From: Malacoraja senta
Taxonomy: Eukaryota
DNA: 60,000 nt
Reading direction: 5' to 3'
NCBI GenBank assembly: GCA_038087875.1
Contig: CM075987.1
Coordinates: 21,392,001 to 21,452,000 of the forward strand
Shown: positions 12,170 through 25,819 of the stretch, one piece after another
Layout of the letters: the number at the start of each line of letters is the position of its first letter
Position numbering within the stretch: position 1 is the stretch's first letter
Notes under the pieces: generated by a model
Told to the model about the DNA's origin: nothing
Seen by the model: the letters and a program-made list of their open reading frames with translations, nothing else
Databases searched by the model: none
Position numbers and translations under genes: made by a program

Positions 12170-12860
12170 TGTCTAGAATATTTTATGTACCTCAAACCTC
12201 GCCTTGAGAAACATCTCTAACCTGGTTGATCTCTCTTCATAATTAAAATTCTTCAGCCAGAAACATATCCTTTGTAGCTTCTCCAGTGCAACCACACCTT
12301 CTGTTGTGTGATGACCAAAAATATATGGAATTGCATTGGCCTTACTGAGTGTTTTATGCATTTTGTAATATTTTTTAGCCTTGCAAAAGGAGAATTCCCA
12401 ATGGCGTTCCTTTTACTACCTTCTTTCCTGCCCCCTGTAGGAATCTGAATGTTCACTCCCAAGATCCACTTATTCCTCTAAATTGTTTATCATTTTATAA
12501 CAATTATGTATTCTCTTGCATTTTTTTTCCAGCCCAATGCATTACCTTGTATTTCTTTGCATTTTCTTCAGTTTGCCTTTTTTCTGGCCTCAGTTATATC
12601 TAAATGATTCTTACAACCTTCTTCCTTAATGTTAACCACTGTGTTAATTTTCATTTCAGTTCCAAATTTAATCCTGAGTTCTATTTATGTGTAAAAGCAA
12701 AGAACCTAACCTAAAAAGCAAAGGAGTCTTACCTTTTGTTGTCCTTTACTCTTTGCCCATTTATGGATTCAACTTACTACTTCCTCTGAATCCAGTGGGC
12801 ATTTCTTTTACTAATCATACTACCATATGGGTCCCTCCAGATGCCTTTGGTAGAATCCAT
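12170..12860 (-). mobile_element. Very old CR1-like fragment
   Basis: Minus strand ALEKLQR...NYEER..RL remnant and AFG/FQKAF-like motif; boundaries approximate. Confidence 0.5.
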
Positions 12861-13089
12861 GCAGCCTACACAGTTTAAATCAATTTAACAAAAGCCTGAT
12901 CTTTCCTCAAATCCATACTATCTTTGAATGTAGTGTATTTCTAAATGATTTGTGTTTTCCTTCATAATTTCAATTTAATATTTTGCTCACCGCTGATATT
13001 AAGCCATCTCACCTGTAATTTATTTGGTCCGTTATTTTATCCTTCTTTATGTAGCCACACACGAACATATTACAGTGCTGCTTTCTTGG

Positions 13090-13225
13090 TTCTTACTGTG
13101 GACATATTGGCTGCTAGGTCACATTATATATTGACTACATACCAAAGGTGCTTTCTTGGCTGTAAAATAATTTAGCGCATTTTGAGGTCTTAAAGGCTGC
13201 TACATAAATGAACATTTTCTATTTT
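13090..13225 (+). mobile_element. Deu-domain SINE 3' relic
   Basis: attggctgct...tgactaca..caaa...ttggctgtaaa...aaaggctgctacataaatg resembles the DeuSINE 3' region as I recall it. Confidence 0.5.
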
Positions 13226-13730
13226 CATTTGTAAGATGCACATTGCTGAAAATGAATCTTTGTTTACGTTGAAATTGCCTGCTCATGTGGTGGAAACAAG
13301 ATGGGACAATTTCTGCGGTGACGATTTCCTTCAGTAAATTTATATCACTTTTGTTCTTGGGGATGTAATATCTTCATATTCTGGTGTTAACAATATCTTT
13401 CTAATTTTATTATTTATGAGAAATAATGAGTGCTTTTATTAATGAAAAATAATAGAAATGCTTAAATCAGATTATCTTAATTTTAAGTTGCTCAATTACA
13501 TTTCTTTGTTTAATACTCTGGTGTTTGGTTGACGATTTTTTTAGACCACCATAACTGTGACTTTGAATGAACTATCAATTAGTTCCAGTCCTGCTGATGG
13601 TCTTTTTTTGGTCCATGCACAGATGCAAGCCAAATCTAAAACTTTTCGTATGGTTTTGGGGAGGGGTTGTGGGGGAAAGGGAGCAAAATGATTTTGCAAA
13701 TGAAACCAAAACAAAGCATTTCCTTTGTAG

Positions 13731-13791
13731 ATCTCTTGAAGCTCGAGGACGTCAAGAAAAGTTAAAAGAAGAACACCGGCGTAAAGCTAAG
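13731..13791 (+). CDS. GLE1: GLE1 coding exon (exon 5 equivalent), 61 nt
   Basis: tag|A...AAG|gtgaa; SLEARGRQEKLKEEHRRKAK. Confidence 0.93.
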
Positions 13792-14177
13792 GTGAATAAT
13801 AGACTACACTCTGCATAGTGGAGTTGTTGGCGATCGCAAGGCACCAATAATTATATTCACAGCTGGAAAATAATCAAGAGGATGATTCTTGTGATTAGGG
13901 GCTCCAGAGCTAGGGTGCATGGATGCAAGATTAAATGCGAGAAAATTTGGATGGAGATCAGGGAATGCTTTTTAAAGATTTGCATATATGTGCATAGTAT
14001 TTTTAAAATAATTCACGGCACTGATAAAGCTTTTTAAACCTAATCAGTTCACACAATCTGTTTTAATTTTAACGCGCGCTTTCTCCCACCTTTCCTCATG
14101 TTACGTGCAGCATAACTTTCCATTCCATCCTGGCTGCTGCTTCATAGTTCAATGTCCTTTTTTCCTGTTTTGTGTAG

Positions 14178-14432
14178 AATATGAATCTGAAAATACGAGA
14201 AGCCGAGCAACAGCGGCTACGGCAGAAGGAGTTGGAGCATCAGAGGCAAGCAGAAAGCCGAGATCGACTGCGCAAGTTGAATGCTATCCAGGCAGAAGTG
14301 TTACATCTGAATATGCAGATTGAGCCCTACTTGAAACAGAAGGACCTTGTGGGACTGGACCTCTCAGAATACAGTAATCGTGGCAATCAACTTTGCAGCC
14401 TGGTGTCAGGAGTTATTAAGCTCACATCAGAG
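14178..14432 (+). CDS. GLE1: GLE1 coding exon (exon 6 equivalent), 255 nt
   Basis: tag|AAT...GAG|gtgtg; NMNLKIREAEQQR...RGNQLCSLVSGVIKLTSE. Confidence 0.95.
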
Positions 14433-15122
14433 GTGTGTGTGTGGCATGAATGAGCATGAAGTGTAGATGGAGTTAATGGTGAGGTCTAGTCTGTGTGGAC
14501 TGGGCTAATCCCCAACTCTGCACTTGCGGATTTGGGCAGAGCTGTTTCACTAAGAAACCTTGGTTGTGTGAGGAAATGTCAGGGATGGAAAAAGGTATAG
14601 TCTGTGCCAGTGCAGACTATGAAAATAAGCGAGTTCGGTATTCAGACTGCTCATGGAAACAGACCTACGTTTCATCCGTAGTCAGGATCGAACCCGGGTC
14701 TCCGGCGCTGCAAGCACTGTTGAATTGCCACTGGACCGTCCCCTCCCGAGTGTCCCATCCCTGTCTGAGAGTGGCCGAAGATGTCTGGGGTGACCCTGGA
14801 CTGACGGGACATGGGCCCAGAGCAGTGGCAGCCCGGAGCAATGGCAGCCCAGGCTTACAGCCAGCGGCAAGTCCAGGGCTGTCGGTTAACCCGGCGGGAC
14901 AGGCAGATTTGAGCTAGAGTTAGCGCAGAAAAGCAGGTCTGTTTGCATGCAGCAGCGCAGCTGCCGAGAATGTTTATCGTGAGTGACCTTTGACAAATCC
15001 CATGATTACTTGCATTTTTCGGAATACCAAACTCGCTTATTGCCAAGAGCAGGAAAGGAAGCATATTACTTGCATTGTGAATGTCCATATTTTTAAAAAA
15101 AACACGAATTTGCTCTTTGTAG

Positions 15123-15336
15123 GGTGGCTTGCTACAACAAGAGGACATGCTGAATGCAGAGCGAGCCCTGCTGCAAATGAGAACGCTGATAGCCGCTATG
15201 CATGAGAAAATTGCTGCTGTAGCAGCAGAGAAGAAGAGGATAAAAGAAGAAGAGGAGAAAGCACTTCAGAAAAAACAAGAAGTCAAAGCTGAAATAGCAC
15301 CACCAGCTCCTCAACAGAAGCCCACTCATAAACAAG
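15123..15336 (+). CDS. GLE1: GLE1 coding exon (exon 7 equivalent), 214 nt
   Basis: tag|GGT...G|gtatt; GGLLQQEDMLNAERALLQMR...QQKPTHKQ. Confidence 0.9.
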
Positions 15337-15532
15337 GTATTGTAGTGTTTGTATTTGTGAGAAATCTATTTTTGGTCATTCATATGGTGGTATTGCAGGG
15401 GTGATTTTGCAGAGAAATGCATGGAAATATCACCTAAGTGTTCCACTATATTCTGTACTCTGGTATTTTCTTTGCTCTACCTGTTGTATTTGTGTATTGG
15501 TTGGTTGTATTCATATACAGTATTACCCAATT

Positions 15533-17622
15533 TCTGGACCCCAAGAAAGGAAATTTGTAGAGTGCCTCCGAGATGGATTCTTAGAGCAGCTTGCACTGGA
15601 GCCCACCAGAGAGAAGGCAATTCTGGATTTAGTGTTGTACAATGAACCAGATTTAATAAGGAAACTCAAGGTAAAGGAACCGCTAGGAGGTAGTGACCAT
15701 AATATGATAAGTTTTAATCTGCAATTTGAGAGGGAGCAGGTTAAATCAGAAGTGTCAGTGTTGCAGTTGAACAAAAGGGACTATGAAGGCATGAGAGAGG
15801 AGCTGGCCAAGGTCGACTGGAAAAGGATCCTGGCAGGAATGATGTTTGAACAGCAATGGCAGGAATTTCTGGGCATAATCCAGAAGATGCAGGATCATTT
15901 CATTCCAAAGAGCAAGAAAGAGGGAGTAAGGGGAGTAAGAGGCAACTGTGGCTGACAAGGAACGTTTGGGATGGAATAAAACTAAAAGAAAAGGTGTATA
16001 ACATAGCAAAGAGTAGCCGGAAGCCAGAGGATTGGGAAACTTTCAAAGGACAAAAGAAGCCAACAAAAAGTGCAATATGGACTGAAAAGATGAAGTACGA
16101 GGGTAAGCTGGCCAAGAATATAAAGAAGGATAGTAAAAGCTTCTTTAGGTATGTTAAGAGAAAAAGATTAGTAAAGACAAATGTGGGTCCCTTGAAGGCA
16201 GAAACAGGTGAAATTATTATGGGGAACAAGCAAATGACCGAAGAGTTGAACAGGTACTTTGGTTCCGTCTTCACTAAGGAAGACACAAACAATTTCCCAG
16301 ATGTACTAGAGGACAGAGGATCTAGGGAGACAGGAACTGAAAGAAATTTGCATTAGGCGAGAAATAGTATTGTGTAGACTGATGGGACTGAAGGCTGATA
16401 AATCCCCAGGGAAATTGGATGAAGGAGAGCCAGTGGATGTAGTGTATCTGGACTTTCAAAAAGCCTTTGATAAGGTCCCACACAGAAGATGTGGGCAAAA
16501 TTAGAGCAAATGGTATTGGGGGTAGGGTATTGACATGGATAGAGAATTGGTTGGCAGACAGGAATCAAAGAGTAGGAATAAACGGGTCCCTGTCAGAATG
16601 GCAGGCAGTGGCGAGTGGAGTGCCACCAGGCTTGGTGCCGGGGCCGCAACTATTTACAATATATATTAATGATTTAGATGATGGAATTAAAAGTAACGCT
16701 AGTAAATTTGCAGATGACACAAAGCTGGGTGGCAGTGTGAACTGCGAAGAGGATGCTAGGAAGTTGCAGGGTGACTTGGACAGATTGAGTGAGTGCGCAG
16801 ATGCAGTATAATGTAGATAAATGTGAGGTTATCCACTTTGGCAGCAAGAACAAGGAGACAGATTATTATCTCAAGTGGTGTCAGATTAGGAAAAAGGGAA
16901 GTGCAATGTGACCTGGGTGCCCTTGTACACTAGTCACTGAAAGTAAACATGCAGGTACAGCAGGCAGTGAAGAAAGCTAATGGCATATTGGCCTTCATAA
17001 CGAGAGGATTTAAGTATAGGAGTAAAGAGGTCCTTCTGCAGTTGTACAGGGCCCTGGTGAGACCACATCTGTAATATTGTGTGCAGTTATAGACTCCTAA
17101 TTTGAGGAAGGACATCCTTGCTATTGAGGCAGTGCAGCGTAGGTTCACGAGGTTAATCCCCGGGATAGCGGGACTGTCATATGAGGAAAGTTTGGAAAGA
17201 CTGGGCTTGATCTCACTGGAATTTAGAAGGATGAAAGGGAATCTTATAGAAACGTATAAAATTATAAAAGGATTGGGCAAGCTAGATGCAGGAAAAATGT
17301 TCCCAATTTTGGGGGTGTCCAGAACTAGGGGCCACAGTCTAAGAATAAAGGGGAGGCCATTTAAAACTAAGATGAGAAAAAACGTTTTCACCCAGAGAAT
17401 TGTGGAATTCTCTGCCACAGAAGGCAGCGGAGGCCAATTCACTGGATGAATTTAAAAGAGTTGGATGGAGCCCTAGAGGCTAACGGAATCAAGGGATATG
17501 GGAAGAAGGCAGGCACGGGTTACTAATTGTGAATGATCATTTATGCTCATAATGAATGGCGGTGCTGGCTCAAAGGGCCAAATGACCTCCCCCTGCACCT
17601 ATTTTCTATGTTTTCTATGTTT
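15533..17622 (+). mobile_element. CR1 LINE ORF2 remnant, 5'-truncated, with an internal deletion at ~16411
   Basis: ORFs with ILDLVL, LGGSDHNMI, LDFQKAFDKVPH and KFADDTKL; (TTTCTATG) tail; frameshifted; sits inside a Rex1-like 3' end that resumes at ~17625. Confidence 0.93.
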
Positions 17623-17825
17623 ATTGAATAGTGCACAAACAAAAGCTTTCATTGTATCTCAGTACATGTGACAATAATAAAACACAACTAATAAGTGTGA
17701 TTGTGTTATTCAGGTAATAATTTGTATTTGATTTATTAGAACTGTACAAACAAATTAAGATTTGTGGAAACAAACAATGAATTAAAATCTAATTTAATTT
17801 GCATCATGTTTTTATTTCTATATAG

Positions 17826-17938
17826 GGCTACAATTAAAGGCAGATTCAAGCACTTTGCAATGGTATCTACGGTTGCAGGATATCTGTAATCAATCTGCAG
17901 CATCCATTAATGATCTTAACAACAGCAAGGATAGTAAG
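17826..17938 (+). CDS. GLE1: GLE1 coding exon (exon 8 equivalent), 113 nt
   Basis: tag|GG...AAG|gtaaa; LQLKADSSTLQWYLRLQDICNQSAASINDLNNSKDSK. Confidence 0.93.
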
Positions 17939-18810
17939 GTAAAATAATATTAAATGCTTTTGAAGTAAATTGTAATAATTTTACTTCCAGGCAATTTCTG
18001 CACTAACGTTGTCAACATAGTTCAGTCCCTTTTGTAAACTTTGCAATGGAAATCTCTCCAACTGGCCGCATTTAGTCTTTATGGAGGGAAGTGAGCTTCA
18101 GATTTCATTTGCATTTTGAAGAGAAAGCCGATCGTTGTAGTTGGGTGATAGTTGATAGCAATTTTAACCCTGGAAGGTACAATTGATTCTCCTTTCTACA
18201 GTGGGTATGAGTTTTGTAGGGCTATAAATCATTGCATTGCGGCATACATGATTCCCTACTGTACCTTTTTATGTAACTGAAAAAGGAATTATCACCTAAA
18301 TAATTTCAGCAAAGTATCCTATGGTTACAATCTGTCTGTAATCTAGCTCTCGACATAGTGTGTGCCATGTACAAAGTGCAATCTAGTTATTTAACTTGAC
18401 TCGTCTGCCAAAAATCTAACTTTAGAAAAAAAGCAGCAGGTATGTGGGAGCACCATTATTTGTGGGGTTTCATCCAAGTCGTTTTGACTGGGAAATGTGT
18501 GGCAAATCCTTCATTGTTGCTGCATCTAAATCCTAAAATCCCCATCTAACCATATTGTAGAATCCGATGATTAGAAGGAGAGTATGGTTCATGAAGGTGG
18601 CTTACCTCTACATTCTCAAGGATAATTAGGAATCCTTGGTCTTGCTTATGAAAGTCACAACCTGAAAAATTAATAAAAAAATACAAAATCTATTTAACTT
18701 GGCTGGAAAATTAATACATGTAGGCAATGTTACACAATATCAATATAAGTAAATAATATTTCCCATTTAAGTTATAATACACTCAGAAACGTTTGTACAT
18801 ATGTTTCTAG

Positions 18811-18880
18811 GTTAAGAAGATTAAAATGGATCTTCAGAAGACAGCAACCATTCCCGTTGGTCAAATCTCTTCTGTCGCAG
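18811..18880 (+). CDS. GLE1: GLE1 coding exon (exon 9 equivalent), 70 nt
   Basis: tag|GTT...G|gtaaa; VKKIKMDLQKTATIPVGQISSVA. Confidence 0.95.
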
Positions 18881-19689
18881 GTAAATGAAAAAAAACACAT
18901 TTTTGTTTTTCAATTTAATAATGCCATAATTTATCTGTTCTACAATTTGCCCCTTCCTTTAATTTCTCCTGCCATGCCCCACCATACATAAATTCTGACC
19001 TCATGGTCTCATACTAATCATTTGTTCTATTTAGGGGTTTTCTCCTATTGCCTCCCAAATCTATTGAAGTTTATGATTACTTGCTGGAGCATGGTTGCAG
19101 AAAACTCTAAACAGGAGAGATAGCATCTGCAGAAAAAGAGTTGTTGAAGAGTGCTTAGTTAATTAGAATTGGAGAATAGATATCTGATATTATTTTGAAC
19201 ATTAAGGGTGGTTTTTTTTCGTTAAAATGTATCTCTCAGTTAAATAATTGAAATAGATGGTTTGATAAAAAAGATTATAAATTACTGAACTAGCATAATA
19301 TCAAGAATTAGATGGAACCTGGTGAAATAATAGGCTTTATCTGAATATCCAGAATTGGTATATAAAGATATCTAGTCTGGGTGAACTATTAGTTTTGTGA
19401 TACTGTAAACCAAAGAGGGGTAAGAAGGCAGACAAAAATAAACAAAACTGGAAATAGTATTACACTTAAGCCAGTGATTAATATCCGATTGCATAGATCT
19501 TAATGTTTGTTGGCTTTGCTTTAAGCAAGAGTTTTGATTGTTGTGTTGGTTTAACACCGTCAAGCCACTCCACAACAAATGCATTCTGTGATTGTTAGGG
19601 CAAGGTTCCCAAGCCTGGTTAGTATCTTGGACACATTCATATGATGTCCTAAAATTTTTAATAGTCGGGAGAAATGGTTGATAATTTCT

Positions 19690-19842
19690 CACATCGCCAT
19701 TTGTAGGACTTCTCTGTGTAGATTAGGCTGCTAAATTTGAGTTTTAATGGTATTACATTTCAAAAGTACATCATCGGATGTCAGATGCTTCAGGATATCC
19801 TTGGGATGTGAAAGCGGTTGTTTAAATGCAAGTCTGTCTTTT
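19690..19842 (+). mobile_element. Deu-domain SINE 3' relic
   Basis: ttcaaaagtacatcatcgg...gtgaaagcggttgtttaaatgcaagtctgtctttt resembles the SacSINE1/AmnSINE-type tail. Confidence 0.6.
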
Positions 19843-20406
19843 GACATTTGATTCAGCCAGAGACTTTTCTGTTCATCGTTACAATTTAGTTTCTGCTTTA
19901 ATAGTATGTGGAGTGTGTTCTGGAATTTATTTCCTTTACCATGTCATCAAACTTTCCAGCCAAGGTCTCCAACACAATGTAAAGTACTGTTTTGCCTGAG
20001 ACACATGGCACATGAGACTTCCTTTGGGATTTATTTGTGGAAATCAGGGCAGTTCACTCTCAATGATGTTTGCACAGAAGTAGAAGTACAAACTGGGGTC
20101 ATTTAAACAACTCAATAAATGGGGGGGGGGGGGAGGGTGAAGAAGCATTAACAGATTAGATGGCCAAATTCCCTTTGCCGATCTATCTTGTGCAATGAGT
20201 GAGCATCAGTGACATACAGATGTGAACTAGAATTGGATTAGTTTTGAAGTAAATGTAAAAATTTGATCGGTGTGTTATTTTCTGTTGAAATACATTTGTG
20301 AAAATACTGCACGCAGTGAAATCATTTTTCTTTTGCTGAAATACAAAAGAAATGTCAAATAATTTTTGCACTCTTTTTGTACCCCTCCCCTGTTTTCATC
20401 ACCAAG

Positions 20407-20549
20407 CATCTCACCTGCGTGAAATCTTTGACAAGATCAATAACCTCCTCCTTGGCAAGCAAATATCATCAGGTGGGAAGTTGGTGTCGATTTCTCAACA
20501 CCCACAAGGTCAGGAGTTTGTCTATTACAAACTGGCTGAAAAATTTGTG
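20407..20549 (+). CDS. GLE1: GLE1 coding exon (exon 10 equivalent), 143 nt, AAG acceptor
   Basis: aag|CA...GTG|gtgag; [18 protein letters not shown]...[12 protein letters not shown]. Confidence 0.93.
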
Positions 20550-20679
20550 GTGAGCAATTAAAATTAATGCCTGTAATATGATTGTGCAATGTCAAACCAA
20601 GGACATGCTATGTGCGCTAAAATATATGTAAAAGAAAAAAAAATTGTGTAGCTCCCTTTTATGACCTCTTGATATCTTT

Positions 20680-20862
20680 GGGCGGCATGGTGTCGCAGTG
20701 GTAGAGTTGTTGCCTTACGCACCAGAGACCCGGTTTGATCCTGACAATCGGTGCTGTCTGTATGGAAATTGTACGTCCTCCCCGTGACTGCATTGGTTTT
20801 CCCTAGGTGCTCCGGTTTCCTCCCACACTCCAAAGATGTACAGGTTTGTAGGTTAATTGGCT
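20680..20862 (+). mobile_element. tRNA-derived V-SINE (HE1-like), 3'-truncated
   Basis: A box tgtcgcagtgg, B box ggtttgatcc, V-domain gtgctccggtttcctcccaca.tccaaaga. Confidence 0.85.
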
Positions 20863-20899
20863 AAAAATTATAGCAGATTAAATCTATTATATTAAATTT

Positions 20900-21495
20900 C
20901 AAGATCTGGATGATTGTTTTTGTGAGCTTTGATCTGCCTGTCCCGCTCCAGGTTTAAACAGCGCTGTCAGTTTAACACGTGGGAATTTAAACGAACAGCG
21001 CTATGGATTCTAAAAATAGCGCTCCCAGCTGGAGCGCTATTACCTTTACACATAGTGCTATGGGCTATACACATAGCGCAATGGCCACAGTGCTATGGGT
21101 CACAGACTGTTAGGTGAGGGAGAGGGGGAGTGGGAGGGAGGGAATAAGAGGGTGGGAGATAAAAAGTAGGGAGGGTGGGAGGGAGAGGGAGGGAAAGAGA
21201 GGAAGGAGGGAGAGAGTGAGAGAGGGAGGCTTCCAAAATGGCTTCTACATCATCATCTGGTGCTAAAAGCAGGAAGCAGTCTTTCAAACAGCAGGATACA
21301 AAGAGATGGCAATGAATGCACTGTCAAGTAAGGTGCGTAGAAGAAATGTCAATTGGTAGCAAAGTTATGCATTCTTGTACTCTTACATGGGTATGACCGC
21401 ACATATTTTTTTTAAAAACACTGATTTTCCTCAGCAAAACACTGATTTTCAGGTACTAGAATACTGAAATGCTCTGACAAAACTTGGCTGCTCTG
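20900..21495. mobile_element. Probable hAT-like DNA transposon fragment with an internal polypurine tract
   Basis: Ends cttggctgctctg (reverse complement CAGAGCAGCCAAG, a hAT-style terminus); repeated tagcgct and aaacactgatttt motifs. Confidence 0.4.
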
Positions 21496-21821
21496 CAGTT
21501 CCTTCCTGCACAGGTCATTGAACCTGTTGCGCCAAAGCTAACCCACTCGTCTGTTATTTGTTCTCCTTGGCCATGTTTTTTTTTTCAATTGAAGTAAAAA
21601 GGTGCTTTTGCAATTTCTTCTACAAGCCGTTTGAACATTACATTCCATGATACAAAAGGTTGATTCTATGCCATCTGTTATAAATACATGGTGCAAAAGA
21701 ACCCATCCTAAATTCTTTGCTGTTTGGGACGGGTATAAAATGTTATTGATTTTAATTGGAAAGCCGTAAGTACAGTGTGTGCTCCCATTCTAATATTGCT
21801 TTAATTCATTATTATTTGCAG

Positions 21822-22012
21822 AAACAAGGGGAGGAGGAGGTTGCATCTCACCATGAAGCTGCATTTCCAATAGCAGTGGTTGCTTCAGGGATCTGGGAGT
21901 CTCACCCGAAGGTTGGCGATATTTTCTTGGCCCACTTGCACCGAAAGTGTCCCTATGCAGTCCCGTTTTTCCCTTCATGGAAAGATGGGTTACCAAAGGA
22001 AGAATACCAAAG
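21822..22012 (+). CDS. GLE1: GLE1 coding exon (exon 11 equivalent), 191 nt
   Basis: cag|AAA...AG|gtaga; [49 protein letters not shown]. Confidence 0.97.
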
Positions 22013-22284
22013 GTAGAAGCCCCCAAACAACATTATACCCTCAAAACTGCAAGCATAACTGATCTGATTTCTGCTATCTGCCAGGTGGTTATTCATCGCC
22101 GTTGTTTTAGTGCTTCTAACCCGTTAACTACAATGACAAGCTACTTTAGCTTTCTCGCTGTGGCTTTTTAAATACCTTTCTATGTTGGTCTTTTTCCATT
22201 TTCACAAAAGATATTGATTTATGTATTGCAATTTATTTGATAAAAGTTGGGTTGCCATGTAAACGCTGTAGAAAACTTTGTGTC

Positions 22285-23097
22285 GTTCACTAGTATGTTG
22301 CTGGGATTGGAGTGTATTAGCTATATGGGGAGATTGAGCAAACTTGGATTGTTTTCTCTGGGGGGGGTGTGAAAACTGAGGGGTGAGCCTAATAGAGTAT
22401 ATAAAATTCTGATCGATAAAGATAGGGTAGATGGTCTTTATTGCAGAGTGGATATGTCAAATGCCACAAGGCATAGGTTTTTGAGGAGGCGAAAGATTAA
22501 AGGAAGGCAAATGTTTCCATAGACAGAGTGGTATGTGCTTGGAACATGGTAGCAAGCGAGGTGGTAGAAGCGGATATGATTGCAACATGAAAGAAGCATT
22601 TAGACAAATATGAACAGACTGGGAATAGATGGATACAAATCTTGTGTTGGCAAATGGGATTAGTTTAGCAAAAAAACAGACTGCTGGAGGAACTCGGTAA
22701 GCTAAGCAAGGTCTGTAGAGAGAAATGGACAGCTGACAGTTTGGGTTGGGACCCTTCAGACTGGAGGGGGAGGGGAGAAGGGGGTGACTGAAGAAGAGGT
22801 CAACATCATCTTAGAACTCTGAGGTGTTGGTGCAGGGCTATTGAGGCCAGCATCAGAAAGGGCGAATGCAGGAAGAAATGACAGGGCTGGGGCTGGATCA
22901 ATACAATTACAGGTGGATGGTGGCTTAGAGGAGAGTGGGGTGTGGCTTAGGCAGTGGCATATGAAGTGCAGCGGTGTGGTCGGGGCCCCAGCCTGTATGC
23001 GACTGGAGGAGTTGTGGGCTCAGTTTAGATCAACATCATGGCTGGTGCAGACATGGTAGGCCAAAAGGCCTGATCCTGTGCTGTACTGTTCTATGTT
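22285..23097 (+). mobile_element. Degenerate CR1 3' region containing an older Penelope-terminus fragment (~22670-22765)
   Basis: CR1 motifs (ttgttttctctg, gcatttagaca; 3' end ggcctgatcctgtgctgtactgttctatg) and tgctggaggaactc...gacccttcagact. Confidence 0.6.
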
Positions 23098-23878
23098 GAT
23101 GTTGTACCTCTTTTGTGGCTGTTTCAAAAGTACCATGATACAGATTGCTTTCCTCTACTGAAGAAAGCTGTTCTGCAATCTGTGACTCTCAAGAAAACAA
23201 TGAAGGAAAATTATGGTTTCCAAAAAACAAAATTGAAGTAGCTTTGGTAAATTTATAAAACTCTATGCCTATGAACAGACACTGCTCCAATGGCATCTTG
23301 AAGTTTACCAACTATAGCACTGTTGTTGGACTATAATGGGTCATTAGTCAGAGTAGAGGAGGGAGATCAATATTCTGGTTTAGTGTGACAGAACAAATCT
23401 CTTGCTGCCAATGTTAGCAAGGAGCTGATTGTTGGCTGAAGAATGAAAGAGGTTGCAGAAAGTGATGGGGTTGCCTGGACCATCGTCCTCATTTGAACTG
23501 TGATCATATTTTCATGGTTTAGCTTGATACAAATTCCATATTTTACTATTTTAGTACATCTGGCAAACCATTATTTTCATAGCTCGTATGAGATGGTGTT
23601 TCTATTAGTACGAAAACAAATGTAATAGAAATCGGAAATAAATATAATATGCAGGGAATACTTAATGGGTCATACATATCTGTGGAGAGAGAAACAGTTA
23701 ATGTTGAAGATAAACAACCCTTTGTTTCTATTAAAACTAATTTCTTTGTAAGTTTGTGTTTAAGGAATCATTTCATAATTCTTTCTGGGGGTGATGATGA
23801 AGTGAAACAGTAGAACTGCAAATTGCTCTTCCCTCCGGAAGTATAATTAAAGTATTATCCTTTAATCCCTGCTGGTAG

Positions 23879-24008
23879 GTTATTGGGGTACAGAGTGCAG
23901 GAAAATTGTGTTGAGCAGCAGGACAACTTTCTGAAACGGATGTCTGGAATGGTTCGTCTGTATGCAGCCATCATAGTGTCAAGATGGCCCTATGGAACAA
24001 AGCAAGGG
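23879..24008 (+). CDS. GLE1: GLE1 coding exon (exon 12 equivalent), 130 nt
   Basis: tag|G...GGG|gtaag; [39 protein letters not shown]. Confidence 0.97.
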
Positions 24009-24572
24009 GTAAGTAGAATAACCAAATGCTATAGCATTAGTTGTGCAATTAATGATGATTTGTTCAAATGCTAACTTGTCCAAATCGGAATCAAACCCTA
24101 ATGAATATGGGACCACATTGCATTGGACTTAGCTTGCACCTTCCCGTACTAAACTTTTTCAACTGTGCTGCCCCAATTGCATTTCTGGCGTTGCCCTGGG
24201 GCCTGTTTCAAGCAGGCTTTTTCTGCTGCTGAATGTATGACTATCAGAGATGTGTAGAAACATTGAGGATGAAAAAGTAAATAATTACAATTTAAACCAT
24301 CTTTAAATGGGATTGACAAACTTAATTAAAACAAAAAAATGAATCCATGCTAGATGTGCCAGAAATGGGTAGTGATAAACTGATGAAACTGCATGTAGCT
24401 ACTTGGCTCTGTAAATCATGCAACACCCATTACCTTGGTGGCAAGTTCAGGCGTGGAGCGTGAAATCAGATATTACCGCACCTGAGTTTCATACCTGTGC
24501 ACAGGTGTTGAAATCTGGAGCATGGGATTATTTTCTTTGTAAAATTAATTTATCTTAAATGTGTTAAAACTG

Positions 24573-25819
24573 CTCTTACCTATAATGAATAACCCTTCGT
24601 TTAAACCTTCTATGATAGATAGAGCTTTTATAAATTGGGAAAGAGTAGGAATTAAAACGTTTGGAGATATGTATGATAATGGAAGTTTTTTAACATTTCA
24701 CCAACTACAACTTAAATACAGCTTGAATAGTAATCAATATTTCAAATATTTTCAACTACGTGACTATTTGAAAAAGTATACACGAGAATATCAAAATATG
24801 CCTCCTGACCTATTAGATGGGATAATGAATATAAAAGCTAATCAGCTAATTTAATATCATACCTATATAATTCCATTTTAAATATAGAAATTCCCTCATC
24901 GGACGGGATTAGAAGAGAATGGGAACAGGAACTAGCTATAAAAATCTCGAAAGAGAGTTGGGATAAACATCTATTATATGTGCATAAATGTTCGATTAAC
25001 GTAAGACATACTCTGATTCAATTTAAAATTTTACCTAGATTATATTATTCAAACGCTAAATTAAGTAAATTTTACCCAAATACCTCTGCTAACTGTGATA
25101 AATGCCTAATCCAAGAATCAACTATAGCACATTCTTTTGTATTTTGTATACAAATTGAAAAATTTTGGAATTAAATTTTTGAAATTTTCACTAAATTATT
25201 TAAAATAAAACTGAAACAGAATGCAGAATTGATTATTTTTGGAACAATAGAAGCATGTTTGGAGCTGACTGCGTTTCAAAGGAGTTTTCTTAATTATGGC
25301 TTAACGGCAAAAAAACTGATACTGAAATTTTGGAAAAATGCTCCTACGCCAACAATAAAAATGTGGACTTCTAATATGTTGGAATTGTTACATCTAGAAG
25401 ATATGAGATTCCTCCTAGCAGGTAAACAAGACCAATTCCAAAAGATTTGGTCTCCATATATCGACCTATTACAAACATAGGGTGCAACAAAATGTTGATA
25501 ATAAATGGTTTTAGGACCTGGCGAGGGGTGAGTAAAGATAAGAAGTAGGTACATCCCTTTCATATTGTCCTATCTTACTTTCTTTTTTCTCTTTTTTTCT
25601 TTTCTTCTTTAACTACTTCTTGTGGTTTAGGTTCACATGGGTGTTCCTGGACCACTTTTTCATTCACTCACTGACTGTCCTTGGTAGCTCTTTCTATCCT
25701 TTTTTCCTATTAAAGTTGAAAAACAAAAGTGGTACAAGAACTGTATAAACTTATGTTATTGCAGATTACTGTAATGTAAAATACTTCCATTTTTAAAAAA
25801 TAAATAAATAAATAAATAA
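24573..25819 (+). mobile_element. 5'-truncated L1 LINE 3' end
   Basis: ORF2 C-terminal cysteine-rich region (CDKC..HSFVFC; LILKFWK), (TAAA)n tail, 12-bp TSD GTGTTAAAACTG at 24561-24572 and 25820-25831. Confidence 0.92.

Noticed and set aside
20680..20760. tRNA gene
   Set aside because: The A and B boxes belong to a V-SINE head; there is no complete cloverleaf
21115..21230. G-rich polypurine tract as a functional G-quadruplex or H-DNA element
   Set aside because: Low-complexity sequence inside a probable TE fragment, with no supporting context
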